DNA from: a virus
DNA length: 64,000 bases
Direction: 5' to 3' (one strand)
IMG/VR virus record: IMGVR_UViG_3300050119_000072
Location: 22,656 to 86,655 of that record
Of this stretch, positions 55,728-63,671 are shown piece after piece. The position numbers and the translations under genes are program-made. A model generated the notes under the pieces. It had not been told where the DNA came from. It did no database searches and worked only from the letters and a program-made list of their open reading frames with translations. How positions within the stretch are numbered: position 1 is the stretch's first letter; each line of letters begins with the position of its first letter.

Positions 55728-56046
55728 GGGCAGCGCGAGCGAGCGCAGGGCCTTTATGGCCCATGCACTTCTCAGTGAAGTAGACGCCGCTCACGCTAAA
55801 ATTCTCCGCTTCGTCAAGTAGCTTTTCGAGAGCGTTGGTTAGCTGCTCAATCTTGTAGTCTCGGCTCATCAACTTGGTGCCGATTTCGGAAAACTCGTCA
55901 TAGCCGAGCGTGACGGTTTCCGGCTTCTCGCGCGAGAATAAAGCAATACCCGGCTCGCAGCAGTTGACCGCTACAGCCTCCATGCCGATCCCGTTATCGA
56001 CGTAGTGGTAAGGGTCATGGCCGCAGAATGGGCATCGTTCAGACAT
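55717..56046 (-). CDS. Hypothetical protein with CPFC motif
   Basis: CPFCG...VDNGIG; C-terminal ARAAL. Confidence 0.7.
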   Translation of the reverse strand: MSERCPFCGHDPYHYVDNGIGMEAVAVNCCEPGIALFSREKPETVTLGYDEFSEIGTKLMSRDYKIEQLTNALEKLLDEAENFSVSGVYFTEKCMGHKGPALARAALEL

Positions 56047-56058
56047 TCGGGGGTCTTT

Positions 56059-56238
56059 CTACAGGATGAACAAGAGACTGGCGTAGGCGGCGAGGGCGAG
56101 TAGTCCGACCCACCCCGGCACCGTGCCAGACACGTCAACCAATCCGACGAGCAGCGCGACCGAAAACAGCGTCAGGCCAAGGAGGGCGATCAATATCCAC
56201 GCTGGCGTCTTGCTGATTTGGCTTAGGTCGTGTCGCAT
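56059..56238 (-). CDS. 59-aa membrane protein (not in ORF track)
   Basis: AAGGA RBS, MRHDLSQ..., two TM segments. Confidence 0.6.
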   Translation of the reverse strand: MRHDLSQISKTPAWILIALLGLTLFSVALLVGLVDVSGTVPGWVGLLALAAYASLLFIL

Positions 56239-56297
56239 CGGGGGAAATCCTTCAAGTCTTGTCTCGTTTCAGTTTGCCACAGTGTGGGCAGCGCCGA

Positions 56298-56600
56298 TCA
56301 TAGACCTCTATCGCGCAAGGCTCGCAGTACCAGCTTTTCGGCTTGCGCGGCATCGGCCTCTACTGACTGGCGTATTGCATCGGCGATGTGCTTGCCAGTT
56401 GAAGGCACCATCGCATTACCCGGTGGACTGCCGGGGCGCTCGTAAATGTAGAGAAACTGTGCAGGAAATTCCTCTGCAATCTTGGCGCACCGCTCGCGCT
56501 CGGCGGCAATCGCGAAGGCTATATCCTCGCGCAGAATTGCATGCCGGTTCATAATGTCGCTGGCTTGGTTTAGATCACTATCGAATATGGCGATTGGCAT
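56298..56600 (-). CDS. Hypothetical protein with AERERCAKIA module
   Basis: Shares segment with 57161-57370. Confidence 0.65.
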   Translation of the reverse strand: MPIAIFDSDLNQASDIMNRHAILREDIAFAIAAERERCAKIAEEFPAQFLYIYERPGSPPGNAMVPSTGKHIADAIRQSVEADAAQAEKLVLRALRDRGL

Positions 56601-56616
56601 GGGTGGGGTTCCACAT

Positions 56617-56955
56617 TCAGATTTTGTTGACGGTTTCTGGCATAAGGAGTTTTTTCATATAGGCTCGATGTTCTGCCCATCCTATTTGCCGCCCTATATC
56701 GTGCCCGCGCTGGTAAGCAGCGGCTACCGCCGCTTCAAGTTCTGACCGATACCGGCACCACGCCGCCTTGAAGGCAACGGCCTCCGCGCCGTCGATCCAA
56801 ATTGCGTTGGCCCAACTATCAACCTCGTGATCCCATTTGGTGTGCTTGGTCACGACCACGAGGCCAAGAGAATTGTCGGTTTCGATGTGTTGCACATCGG
56901 CCAGCGGGACGATCACGTTCTTGCCGCTGTAGATGCTTTCGGTCACAGTCTGCAT
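56617..56955 (-). CDS. Hypothetical protein
   Basis: 112 aa, AAGGA upstream. Confidence 0.65.
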   Translation of the reverse strand: MQTVTESIYSGKNVIVPLADVQHIETDNSLGLVVVTKHTKWDHEVDSWANAIWIDGAEAVAFKAAWCRYRSELEAAVAAAYQRGHDIGRQIGWAEHRAYMKKLLMPETVNKI

Positions 56956-56963
56956 TTCGGGGC

Positions 56964-57152
56964 CTATTCCTTCAAGGCTGTGGTGGCTGCGCCATAGCAG
57001 AGTGAAATGTCTAGCAGCATTTGATCCCGGCTTCGTTCTCTGGGGGAAAGTCCCCTGGCGATAGTTTCAAGCGCCGCACACAGCCGTTTTATTTTGGCGT
57101 CCTTGTTGTCTTGGTCCTGGGCAGCTTTGCACGCTTCTGTAAATTCACCCAT
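56964..57152 (-). CDS. Hypothetical protein
   Basis: 62 aa in tightly packed array. Confidence 0.55.
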   Translation of the reverse strand: MGEFTEACKAAQDQDNKDAKIKRLCAALETIARGLSPRERSRDQMLLDISLCYGAATTALKE

Positions 57153-57160
57153 GATCGGGC

Positions 57161-57370
57161 CTAACTTGTCTGGCGGATTGCATCCGCGATGTGCTTGCCA
57201 GTTGAAGGCACCATCGCGTTACCCGGAGGACTGCCGGGGCGGTCATAGATATGAAGAACCTGCGCCGGGAAATCTTCCGCGATCTTGGCACATCGCTCGC
57301 GCTCGGCGGCGACGGCCAGCGTAATAACTTCCACCTTCTTGGCGTAGGGTTCGTTTTCGGTTGTTGGCAT
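57161..57370 (-). CDS. Hypothetical protein with AERERCAKIA module
   Basis: Shares segment with 56298-56600. Confidence 0.65.
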   Translation of the reverse strand: MPTTENEPYAKKVEVITLAVAAERERCAKIAEDFPAQVLHIYDRPGSPPGNAMVPSTGKHIADAIRQTS

Positions 57371-57377
57371 TTTGGAC

Positions 57378-57578
57378 CTATTCCTTCAAATTTGCGAGCG
57401 CGTTGATTGCGGCCAAGCGGGCGGAACGGAGGCCCTGCACAAAAGCCTGCTGTGCGGCGTGGACGTGTTCCGAGTAAAAGCCCTCGGCGCTGATGCCGTC
57501 CCTCGGCTCAGCGTCAATTCGTTCCTCGATGCGGTCGAAGATTGCGCGCTGCTGTGGCGTTTTGCAGATCATGGGCAT
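57378..57578 (-). CDS. Hypothetical protein
   Basis: ATG 57578 right after upstream stop. Confidence 0.55.
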   Translation of the reverse strand: MPMICKTPQQRAIFDRIEERIDAEPRDGISAEGFYSEHVHAAQQAFVQGLRSARLAAINALANLKE

Positions 57579-57583
57579 CGGAC

Positions 57584-57769
57584 CTATCGTGACAAGTTGC
57601 GGATTGCCTGCCCGCGACTGATGAGAGATAACTGCATCAGGCAATGGCGGCACGGTTGCGTGTAGGGGCTGTAACCTTCGTCCCGGCAGGTATGCGAGTC
57701 AGTATCTGCGGCAACTGCGCTGATGCGGCTTTCGATTGCCTTTAATTCCGTTCGGTGTGCTGCGTTCAT
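57584..57769 (-). CDS. Hypothetical protein (Cys/His)
   Basis: ATG 57769; HTC...CRHC. Confidence 0.55.
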   Translation of the reverse strand: MNAAHRTELKAIESRISAVAADTDSHTCRDEGYSPYTQPCRHCLMQLSLISRGQAIRNLSR

Positions 57770-57783
57770 TTTCGGGGGCTCTA

Positions 57784-58125
57784 TTAACTGCCAGCCCACA
57801 GGCCGACAACGCGCCCGTGAACTGTGATGTATCGCTTGTAAATGTTGTCGCTAAATTCGATCCCTTGGCAGGGAATTTTGCGCCCGAAAATCTCGACGGT
57901 CGTTTGGCCGTGTACGGGTGAGAGCGCCGGGTGGAGTAGAAGTTCGCTGCCGCGATTGACACACCGCTTCACCACCGGGTCGCGGTCCTTGATCTGCACA
58001 AGGTAAATGCCGTTGTCTTCGACTTCGGTTTGAGCGGCGTCGATTACCACTTCCATGTCGGGAAAGTTATGACCGCCGGGGCGGCGTTCCAAAGCGCCTG
58101 AAAGCTCGGTGATTCCTTGCAGCAT
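57784..58125 (-). CDS. Hypothetical protein, first gene of leftward array
   Basis: AGAGGA RBS before ATG 58125. Confidence 0.65.
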   Translation of the reverse strand: MLQGITELSGALERRPGGHNFPDMEVVIDAAQTEVEDNGIYLVQIKDRDPVVKRCVNRGSELLLHPALSPVHGQTTVEIFGRKIPCQGIEFSDNIYKRYITVHGRVVGLWAGS

Positions 58126-58168
58126 TTTCGGGGCGTCCTCTAACAGTCGGTGTCCAATTCTCACGACC

Positions 58169-58222
58169 TATATACGCCCTTGCTATTGACTTGTCCAGAC
58201 CCAAACTGTATTATCTGGACAA
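58169..58222. promoter_or_regulatory. Overlapping divergent sigma70 promoters with palindromic operator
   Basis: Plus TTGACT-N17-TATTAT-N7-ATG; minus TGGACA-N17-TATATA; inverted repeat TTGTCCAGA (58191-58199) / TCTGGACAA (58214-58222). Confidence 0.75.
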
Positions 58223-58779
58223 TGGCAAAAACAGTCCACATGAACCGCCGCGCCTACATCAACCCGCTGCCCGGCTATTCGGAAGCGGCGCAGCGTGCCG
58301 ATATTCTAAACAGCGGCCCGATTGACGAATGGTACGTCGAAAGCCAGCGCGTTACCCGCGCCGACTTCATCAAGCACCTGCGGGCCGGGGATCGCGCCGT
58401 AGTTGCCAACTTTGCCTGCTTGGCGAAGGCGCACGGCAGAATCGACAGCAGGTTGTCTGACCTACTGGAAGCTGCCGGGGATATCAGGGCCAAGTGCTGC
58501 ATCCTGATGGCACAGACCGATTTATGGGTCAGTAAGGCGTCATTGGCTGCGGCCCGCGCCTTCCTGCTCAAAGAGCGCAACGTCAAGAACGGGTCGGCCA
58601 AGAAGATCAATCTAACCGACGCACAAGTGAAGCGGGTGTTGGAGGTCTGCGACAGCAAGCGGTACACCAACGACCGGCAGCGCCTCACTGCCCTCAAGAA
58701 AGAGGGCATAGACATTGGCCGCACGTTCATGGTGACGACCATACCACAGATTGCCCGCGAGCGCGGGATAACGATTTAG
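58222..58779 (+). CDS. Serine resolvase-like protein with degenerate catalytic motif
   Basis: RAYINP...Q...E...R...LRAGD.AVV....LA...DL pattern parallels the resolvase N-domain; C-terminal HTH-like region. Confidence 0.55.
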   Translation: MAKTVHMNRRAYINPLPGYSEAAQRADILNSGPIDEWYVESQRVTRADFIKHLRAGDRAVVANFACLAKAHGRIDSRLSDLLEAAGDIRAKCCILMAQTDLWVSKASLAAARAFLLKERNVKNGSAKKINLTDAQVKRVLEVCDSKRYTNDRQRLTALKKEGIDIGRTFMVTTIPQIARERGITI

Positions 58780-59258
58780 GAGCGACCGTGAGTGTTCACT
58801 TTAGCAGCAAGACCGACCTGTGGGAAACGCCGCAAGCGTTCTTCGACAAGTACCATGCTCGCTACAAGTTCACGTTCGACGTTTGCGCCACTTACGAGAA
58901 CGCCAAGTGCGAAAGATTTTATACCGAAAAAGAAAATGCCCTCACTCAGCCGTGGGAGGGCATCTGCTGGATGAATCCGCCCTATGGTCGGACAATCGGA
59001 TTGTGGATGCGAAAGGCGTTTGACAGTTTCAAGGAAGGCGCAACGGTCGTCTGTCTTGTCCCGGCTCGCACTGATACGAATTGGTGGCACGACTACGCGA
59101 TGAAAGGCGAGATTGAGTTTATCAAAGGCCGTCTAAAGTTCGGCGGCCACAAAAACTCAGCGCCGTTTCCTTCTGCGGTTGTCGCCTTCGATGATCGCGT
59201 GAGAATGTGGAAACATAATTATTGGGATGCCCGTCAAGCATCCCAGTCAAAATAGGAG
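58774..59258 (+). repeat. Direct repeat copy 1 (dam cassette)
   Basis: Appears identical to 62317-62536 plus 63736-64000. Confidence 0.9.
58788..59255 (+). CDS. dam: Phage DNA N6-adenine methyltransferase (Dam-type)
   Basis: W.TP..FF, FTFDVCA, WMNPPYG, LVPARTDT.WW, GRLKF, SAPFPS. Confidence 0.92.
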   Translation: MSVHFSSKTDLWETPQAFFDKYHARYKFTFDVCATYENAKCERFYTEKENALTQPWEGICWMNPPYGRTIGLWMRKAFDSFKEGATVVCLVPARTDTNWWHDYAMKGEIEFIKGRLKFGGHKNSAPFPSAVVAFDDRVRMWKHNYWDARQASQSK

Positions 59259-59264
59259 AATTTA

Positions 59265-59642
59265 ATGCTCAAAGAACTTCGCGGGGCGAACGCTGCACGG
59301 CAAGCAGAGTGGGACCCGGACGACAAGATCACGCTCGCCTATCGCGGCAATGAATTGGCTGGCGAGGTTGGTGAGGCCTGCAACGTCATCAAGAAGCTTG
59401 CCCGCGAGCGTCTTGGCATACGCGGTAGCCGGTCCACGGTTGGCGATCTTGCCGACGAATTGGCCGATGTAATTATTTGCGTCGATTTGATCGCCATGTC
59501 CGAAGGCATCGACCTAGACGCGGCAGTGTCGCGCAAGTTCAACTGGGCCTCAGAAAAATATGGCTTGAAAACTCGGCTCGCCAGCGAGCATGACCGACGC
59601 TTGGATATGGAACGGCGAAATCGTTCGCTGCTCGAACAATAA
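59265..59642 (+). CDS. MazG-like nucleotide pyrophosphohydrolase
   Basis: ELAGEVGEACNVIKK...DELADV...KFN. Confidence 0.85.
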   Translation: MLKELRGANAARQAEWDPDDKITLAYRGNELAGEVGEACNVIKKLARERLGIRGSRSTVGDLADELADVIICVDLIAMSEGIDLDAAVSRKFNWASEKYGLKTRLASEHDRRLDMERRNRSLLEQ

Positions 59643-59655
59643 TTAGGAGCCGAGC

Positions 59656-60105
59656 GTGAAAGAGCCGGTCGATCACATCTTGCGCCCGCAGCTTCCTTGG
59701 CGCGATGGCGCGAACGCTATCACTGAGTGCGGCTATGACGGCACCAAGGTAAAGACAATTACACGCGATGAGTTTCAGCAGCGTCTAAAAGACTTCGGGC
59801 GGCAGCGAACGGCAATGATTAGCTGCATGACTTGTTCGGACACCGCTGGACGTTACGGTACTTGGGACGATGACCCGCGCCGCGCTATCCAGCGCGAGGT
59901 CGAATGGGAATGTCGCTGGCGAAACACTAACGAACATGGCCTGCGCTTGAGGGATGAACTAACCGCTATCGCCACCTTGATCGAAGCGCACCGCGACGAG
60001 TTTGATGCCCTTGTCTCCGGTAACGAACAGCGCCGCGAGTGGCTTGAGAAAAAGGCGGCGATGCAGAGCAAGCCGAAAGAGTCCACAAAACCACGTTTGA
60101 TATAG
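59656..60105 (+). CDS. Hypothetical protein (H/C motifs)
   Basis: AGGAG RBS, HILR, TECG, CMTC. Confidence 0.7.
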   Translation: MKEPVDHILRPQLPWRDGANAITECGYDGTKVKTITRDEFQQRLKDFGRQRTAMISCMTCSDTAGRYGTWDDDPRRAIQREVEWECRWRNTNEHGLRLRDELTAIATLIEAHRDEFDALVSGNEQRREWLEKKAAMQSKPKESTKPRLI

Positions 60106-60116
60106 AGGAGTTTGAA

Positions 60117-60284
60117 ATGGCCGGCCTACTCGCTTTAGGACTCCTCGGTATGATTATCTCGTGCGTATGCGCGCTACTGGCGCTCGGAGATATGAACGAC
60201 CGTTTCAGGGTCATCGTATGTCTGCTCGGCATGGCGTTCGGTGCCGCGCTCTTGTTCGGTGCCATATCTCAGTCGCCGGTTTGA
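60117..60284 (+). CDS. 55-aa membrane protein (not in ORF track)
   Basis: GAGGAG RBS, two hydrophobic segments. Confidence 0.6.
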   Translation: MAGLLALGLLGMIISCVCALLALGDMNDRFRVIVCLLGMAFGAALLFGAISQSPV

Positions 60285-60304
60285 ATTAAGAGGAGCCGAC
60301 CGGC

Positions 60305-60490
60305 ATGTGCAGCACTTTTCTCGGCCCCGGTGAAAGCGGTCCTTGGGCGCGGCTTGGCTGGCGCAAGGCTCGCGCTGGTGATCGGGCGGCGGTCTATACT
60401 TCTAGCTGCGTGACTTGTCGCCGCGTTTGGATTTGGCCGCACAGTACAACGCCAAAAATTCCTGCCGTGTTTTATATCGGCACAAGGTAG
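60305..60490 (+). CDS. Hypothetical protein
   Basis: GAGGAG RBS. Confidence 0.5.
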   Translation: MCSTFLGPGESGPWARLGWRKARAGDRAAVYTSSCVTCRRVWIWPHSTTPKIPAVFYIGTR

Positions 60491-60499
60491 AGGAGCGAC

Positions 60500-61282
60500 A
60501 TGCGCGTTCTCGATCTTTTCAGCGGCATAGGCGGCTTTAGCCTTGGCCTAGAGCGCGCGGGGATGCAGACCGTGGCTTTCTGTGAGAGCGAGCCTTTTGC
60601 GCGCAAAGTCTTAGCTAAACACTGGCCGGAGATTCCGATTTATGACGATGTTCGCAGCCTTACCGCAGAGCGACTTGTTTGCGACGGCGTTAGCGCCGAA
60701 ATCATCTGCGGAGGATTCCCGTGCCAAGGAATCTCAACTGCCGGCCAACACAAAGGTCTCGGCGACGACCGATCCGGTCTGTGGTCTGAGTTCGCCCGTC
60801 TTATTGGCGAAGTACGACCGCGCTACGCGATTGTGGAAAACGTTGGCACCCTCACGCGGAACGGGCTCGGCCGCGTTCTCGGAGACTTGGCCGAGATCGG
60901 GTTCGATGCGGAATGGGATCGCATACCAGCGTCAGCCGTTGGCGCGCCACACCGCCGGGATAGAACCTGGATCGTGGCCTACCCCCAAGGCGCAGGAGGA
61001 CGGCCGATCTCCTGCGGCGTGGGAGAAGGCACGGATGCGTGGCTACGAAGTCAGGAAAGCGAAGGGCATTTCTTCGGGTGGTCCGGCGAGTTCGCGCGGC
61101 TCCTTGTCGGTCGCGGTGCAAATCGCCGAGGGACGCCGTGGGAAGTTGAACCCCGACTGGAGAGAATGGCTAATGGGGTTCCCGATCAAATGGACAGAAC
61201 TCGCGTGACCGGATTGGCCGTTGTCCCGCAAGTTGTCGAACTAATCGGGCGCGCGATTGTGTGCGCCGAAGGTCTGAATTAA
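60500..61282 (+). CDS. dcm: C5 cytosine DNA methyltransferase, alpha chain
   Basis: DLFSGIGG, GGFPCQ, ENV, HRRDR, motif X G.AVVPQV; motif IX not seen in this frame. Confidence 0.92.
   Translation: MRVLDLFSGIGGFSLGLERAGMQTVAFCESEPFARKVLAKHWPEIPIYDDVRSLTAERLVCDGVSAEIICGGFPCQGISTAGQHKGLGDDRSGLWSEFARLIGEVRPRYAIVENVGTLTRNGLGRVLGDLAEIGFDAEWDRIPASAVGAPHRRDRTWIVAYPQGAGGRPISCGVGEGTDAWLRSQESEGHFFGWSGEFARLLVGRGANRRGTPWEVEPRLERMANGVPDQMDRTRVTGLAVVPQVVELIGRAIVCAEGLN
60642..61208 (+). CDS. Overlapping beta chain of the C5-MTase (TRD/motif IX)
   Basis: WPRSG.MRNG, WPTP.A, LNPDWREWLMGFP..WT; start uncertain. Confidence 0.75.
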   Translation: MTMFAALPQSDLFATALAPKSSAEDSRAKESQLPANTKVSATTDPVCGLSSPVLLAKYDRATRLWKTLAPSRGTGSAAFSETWPRSGSMRNGIAYQRQPLARHTAGIEPGSWPTPKAQEDGRSPAAWEKARMRGYEVRKAKGISSGGPASSRGSLSVAVQIAEGRRGKLNPDWREWLMGFPIKWTELA

Positions 61283-61291
61283 GAGGAGAAT

Positions 61292-61486
61292 TTGATGAGC
61301 GCAAAAATAGATGCTCGCACAATGGCGGTTGCTAAAATCATTAGCAACAAAAACGGCCATGCCGATAACTATGCTTGGGAGATTGAAGGCGGTGGCTTCA
61401 TTCCCGCATGGGCCATGTACGTCAGCGAAGCGACGAAGGCAATTGCTCAAGCTGATCTAATTGTCCAAGTCGGCAAGACGAAATAG
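61292..61486 (+). CDS. Hypothetical protein
   Basis: GAGGAG RBS; W..Y..EA..AI motif. Confidence 0.6.
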   Translation: MMSAKIDARTMAVAKIISNKNGHADNYAWEIEGGGFIPAWAMYVSEATKAIAQADLIVQVGKTK

Positions 61487-61494
61487 GAGCGACC

Positions 61495-62322
61495 GTGCAG
61501 CCGTTGGCGATTGATCTGTTTTGTGGCCTTGGCGGCTGGACTGACGGCCTCCTGGCCGAAGGCTATGACGTGATCGGCTTCGACATTGAGCGGCACGAAT
61601 ACGGCGAGCATCGCTACCCGGCCCAACTCGTCATTCAGGACGTTTGCACGCTCCACGGCTCGCAGTTCAAGGATGCCGCCTTGATCGTCGCCTCACCGCC
61701 ATGCCAAGCCTACAGCTATATGGCGATGCCGTGGAAGCTTGCGAAGGCTAAGGCTAAGGCGATCAGAGCAGACACTACTGGCGAAAAGCTCGCAGCCCTC
61801 AATAAACTGTTTAACGAATGCTTCCGCATTCAGCGCGAGGCGTCCCTTGCCGCGGGACAGCACATTCCTATGCTGGTCGAGAATGTGCGCGGTGCTCAGC
61901 CTTGGGTGGGTCGCGCTCAAGGAAACTACGGGTCGTTCTATTTGTGGGGTGACGTGCCGGCATCAATGCCGCCGACTTTGAAAGCTGCCAAGGTTCCCGG
62001 CTTTCGGTTTGACGGGTCTGGAAAGTCTTTCCAGACCGCCTCCGTGAAACACCACAACGATGCGGTGAAGGTGCCGAGCGACAGCGGGCGCCGTACTGAC
62101 AAAGGCAAAGGTGCGAGGTTCGCGTCACGCGATTGTGGGATTGAAGGCGCTGGCATAAAAAACGGAAACGATTGGTTTGGCGCTGGCGAGAATTGTTCTG
62201 CTCAGCGTCGGCACGGGTCGAAGTCAATCGGTCGCAAGATGGCGTCAGCGATGATCGCCAAGATACCGCTTCCGCTCAGTCGCCACATCGCGGCTGTGTA
62301 CGCAATCCCTCACGATATTTAG
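61495..62322 (+). CDS. Second C5 cytosine methyltransferase-like protein
   Basis: IDLFCGLGG, ASPPCQ, ENV, C-terminal AKIPLPLS. Confidence 0.85.
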   Translation: MQPLAIDLFCGLGGWTDGLLAEGYDVIGFDIERHEYGEHRYPAQLVIQDVCTLHGSQFKDAALIVASPPCQAYSYMAMPWKLAKAKAKAIRADTTGEKLAALNKLFNECFRIQREASLAAGQHIPMLVENVRGAQPWVGRAQGNYGSFYLWGDVPASMPPTLKAAKVPGFRFDGSGKSFQTASVKHHNDAVKVPSDSGRRTDKGKGARFASRDCGIEGAGIKNGNDWFGAGENCSAQRRHGSKSIGRKMASAMIAKIPLPLSRHIAAVYAIPHDI

Positions 62323-62590
62323 GAGCGACCGTGAGTGTTCACTTTAGCAGCAAGACCGACCTGTGGGAAACGCCGCAAGCGTTCTTCGACAAGTACCATG
62401 CTCGCTACAAGTTCACGTTCGACGTTTGCGCCACTTACGAGAACGCCAAGTGCGAAAGATTTTATACCGAAAAAGAAAATGCCCTCACTCAGCCGTGGGA
62501 GGGCATCTGCTGGATGAATCCGCCCTATGGTCGGACCATGCTTATCCGGTTGACACCCAAGAACTGTGAGACCCACTAGGGCTAGATGAC

Positions 62591-62965
62591 ATGAACGAAG
62601 CATTCTTGATCGGCGGCGGTCAGATTCACCGGATCATCGGCGAGCGCGGCGAGACGCCCCCTTGTCCGGAGGCCAAGTTCAAACGCGGCGACGTGGTGAA
62701 GGTCCGCCGTAATCAGGCGGTAGGCCATTTCCCGCCCGAATTGATCGTGCTTGTCGCAATCCCACCCGGCTTTTCGCCGGATGACGCGATGGCCGATTTG
62801 TTCGGGGAAGCGCGCCCGCTGATGAAGCAGGTTGGCCGCCGCGTCGTCTCCTACATCCTCTGCCGTGAGGGCGACCCTACGGCCTACACCTGCCGAGAGC
62901 GCGATTTGCTGCCGAGCGGAAAAGAGGCGGTCGAAATCGGCACAGTTTCGAGGGGCGCGCCATGA
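62591..62965 (+). CDS. Cargo gene 1, hypothetical
   Basis: 124 aa, KFKRGDVV (SH3/KOW-like start). Confidence 0.7.
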   Translation: MNEAFLIGGGQIHRIIGERGETPPCPEAKFKRGDVVKVRRNQAVGHFPPELIVLVAIPPGFSPDDAMADLFGEARPLMKQVGRRVVSYILCREGDPTAYTCRERDLLPSGKEAVEIGTVSRGAP

Positions 62966-63396
62966 CGGACGCCGCAAAACGACGTTTCGGGCCGACACCG
63001 TGGACTTGCACGGTTTGCGGCGGTGAAAACGAGATGTTCCGCTCGGAGTGCAAACACTGTGAACGCGAGCCGCGCCGGACACTCACTGACGGAACGCAGA
63101 TTTATCCGGGGCATCGCAGCATCCTGAAGGAAGGCCCGCGCGCGGGCCAGCAAGAGGGGTATGTGGTGCTGGCGGACGAAGAGCGCGCCAAAGGCTTTGT
63201 GAGGCCCGTGCGGAGCTCCTATAGGCACCTAAAGTGCGGGACCGTCACGACAATGGGCCAAACGCTGGCGGAAACCTACGCCCGCGACCCCAAATTCTAC
63301 AGCGGCACGTTCTGCTGCGGTTGCGGCACGCATTTCCCTGTGGGGGAGGCTGGCGAGTTTGTCTGGGATGGGACTAACGAAAAGGTCGGGACATGA
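62962..63396 (+). CDS. Cargo gene 2, Zn-finger protein
   Basis: RanBP2-like W.C..C...N......C..C plus ERAKGFVRPVR...AETYARDP.FY..TFC..C. Confidence 0.8.
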   Translation: MTDAAKRRFGPTPWTCTVCGGENEMFRSECKHCEREPRRTLTDGTQIYPGHRSILKEGPRAGQQEGYVVLADEERAKGFVRPVRSSYRHLKCGTVTTMGQTLAETYARDPKFYSGTFCCGCGTHFPVGEAGEFVWDGTNEKVGT

Positions 63397-63671
63397 CGAC
63401 CAAGCATTCCCCGCTCAGCGCCCTCAAAGCGCAGGCCGACAAGATCGCGGCAACACTAAAGGCAGCCGATCGCGGCGAGAAAATCGACGTGCGGTTTGCC
63501 GAAAAGATCGACGCGGCGCGCGGTAAGGACGTTTTCAAGGTCGGAATCGTCATGGATGACAAGGTCATCATGATCGACATGCCGTGGGCGACAATCCGCA
63601 GCGCCAGCGAAGCCGGGTTGTCCGAATACATCGTGCGGCAGATGCGGGAGGCGCGCGATGCCGTCAACTGA
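63393..63671 (+). CDS. Cargo gene 3, hypothetical
   Basis: 92 aa, ATGA overlap. Confidence 0.7.
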   Translation: MTTKHSPLSALKAQADKIAATLKAADRGEKIDVRFAEKIDAARGKDVFKVGIVMDDKVIMIDMPWATIRSASEAGLSEYIVRQMREARDAVN

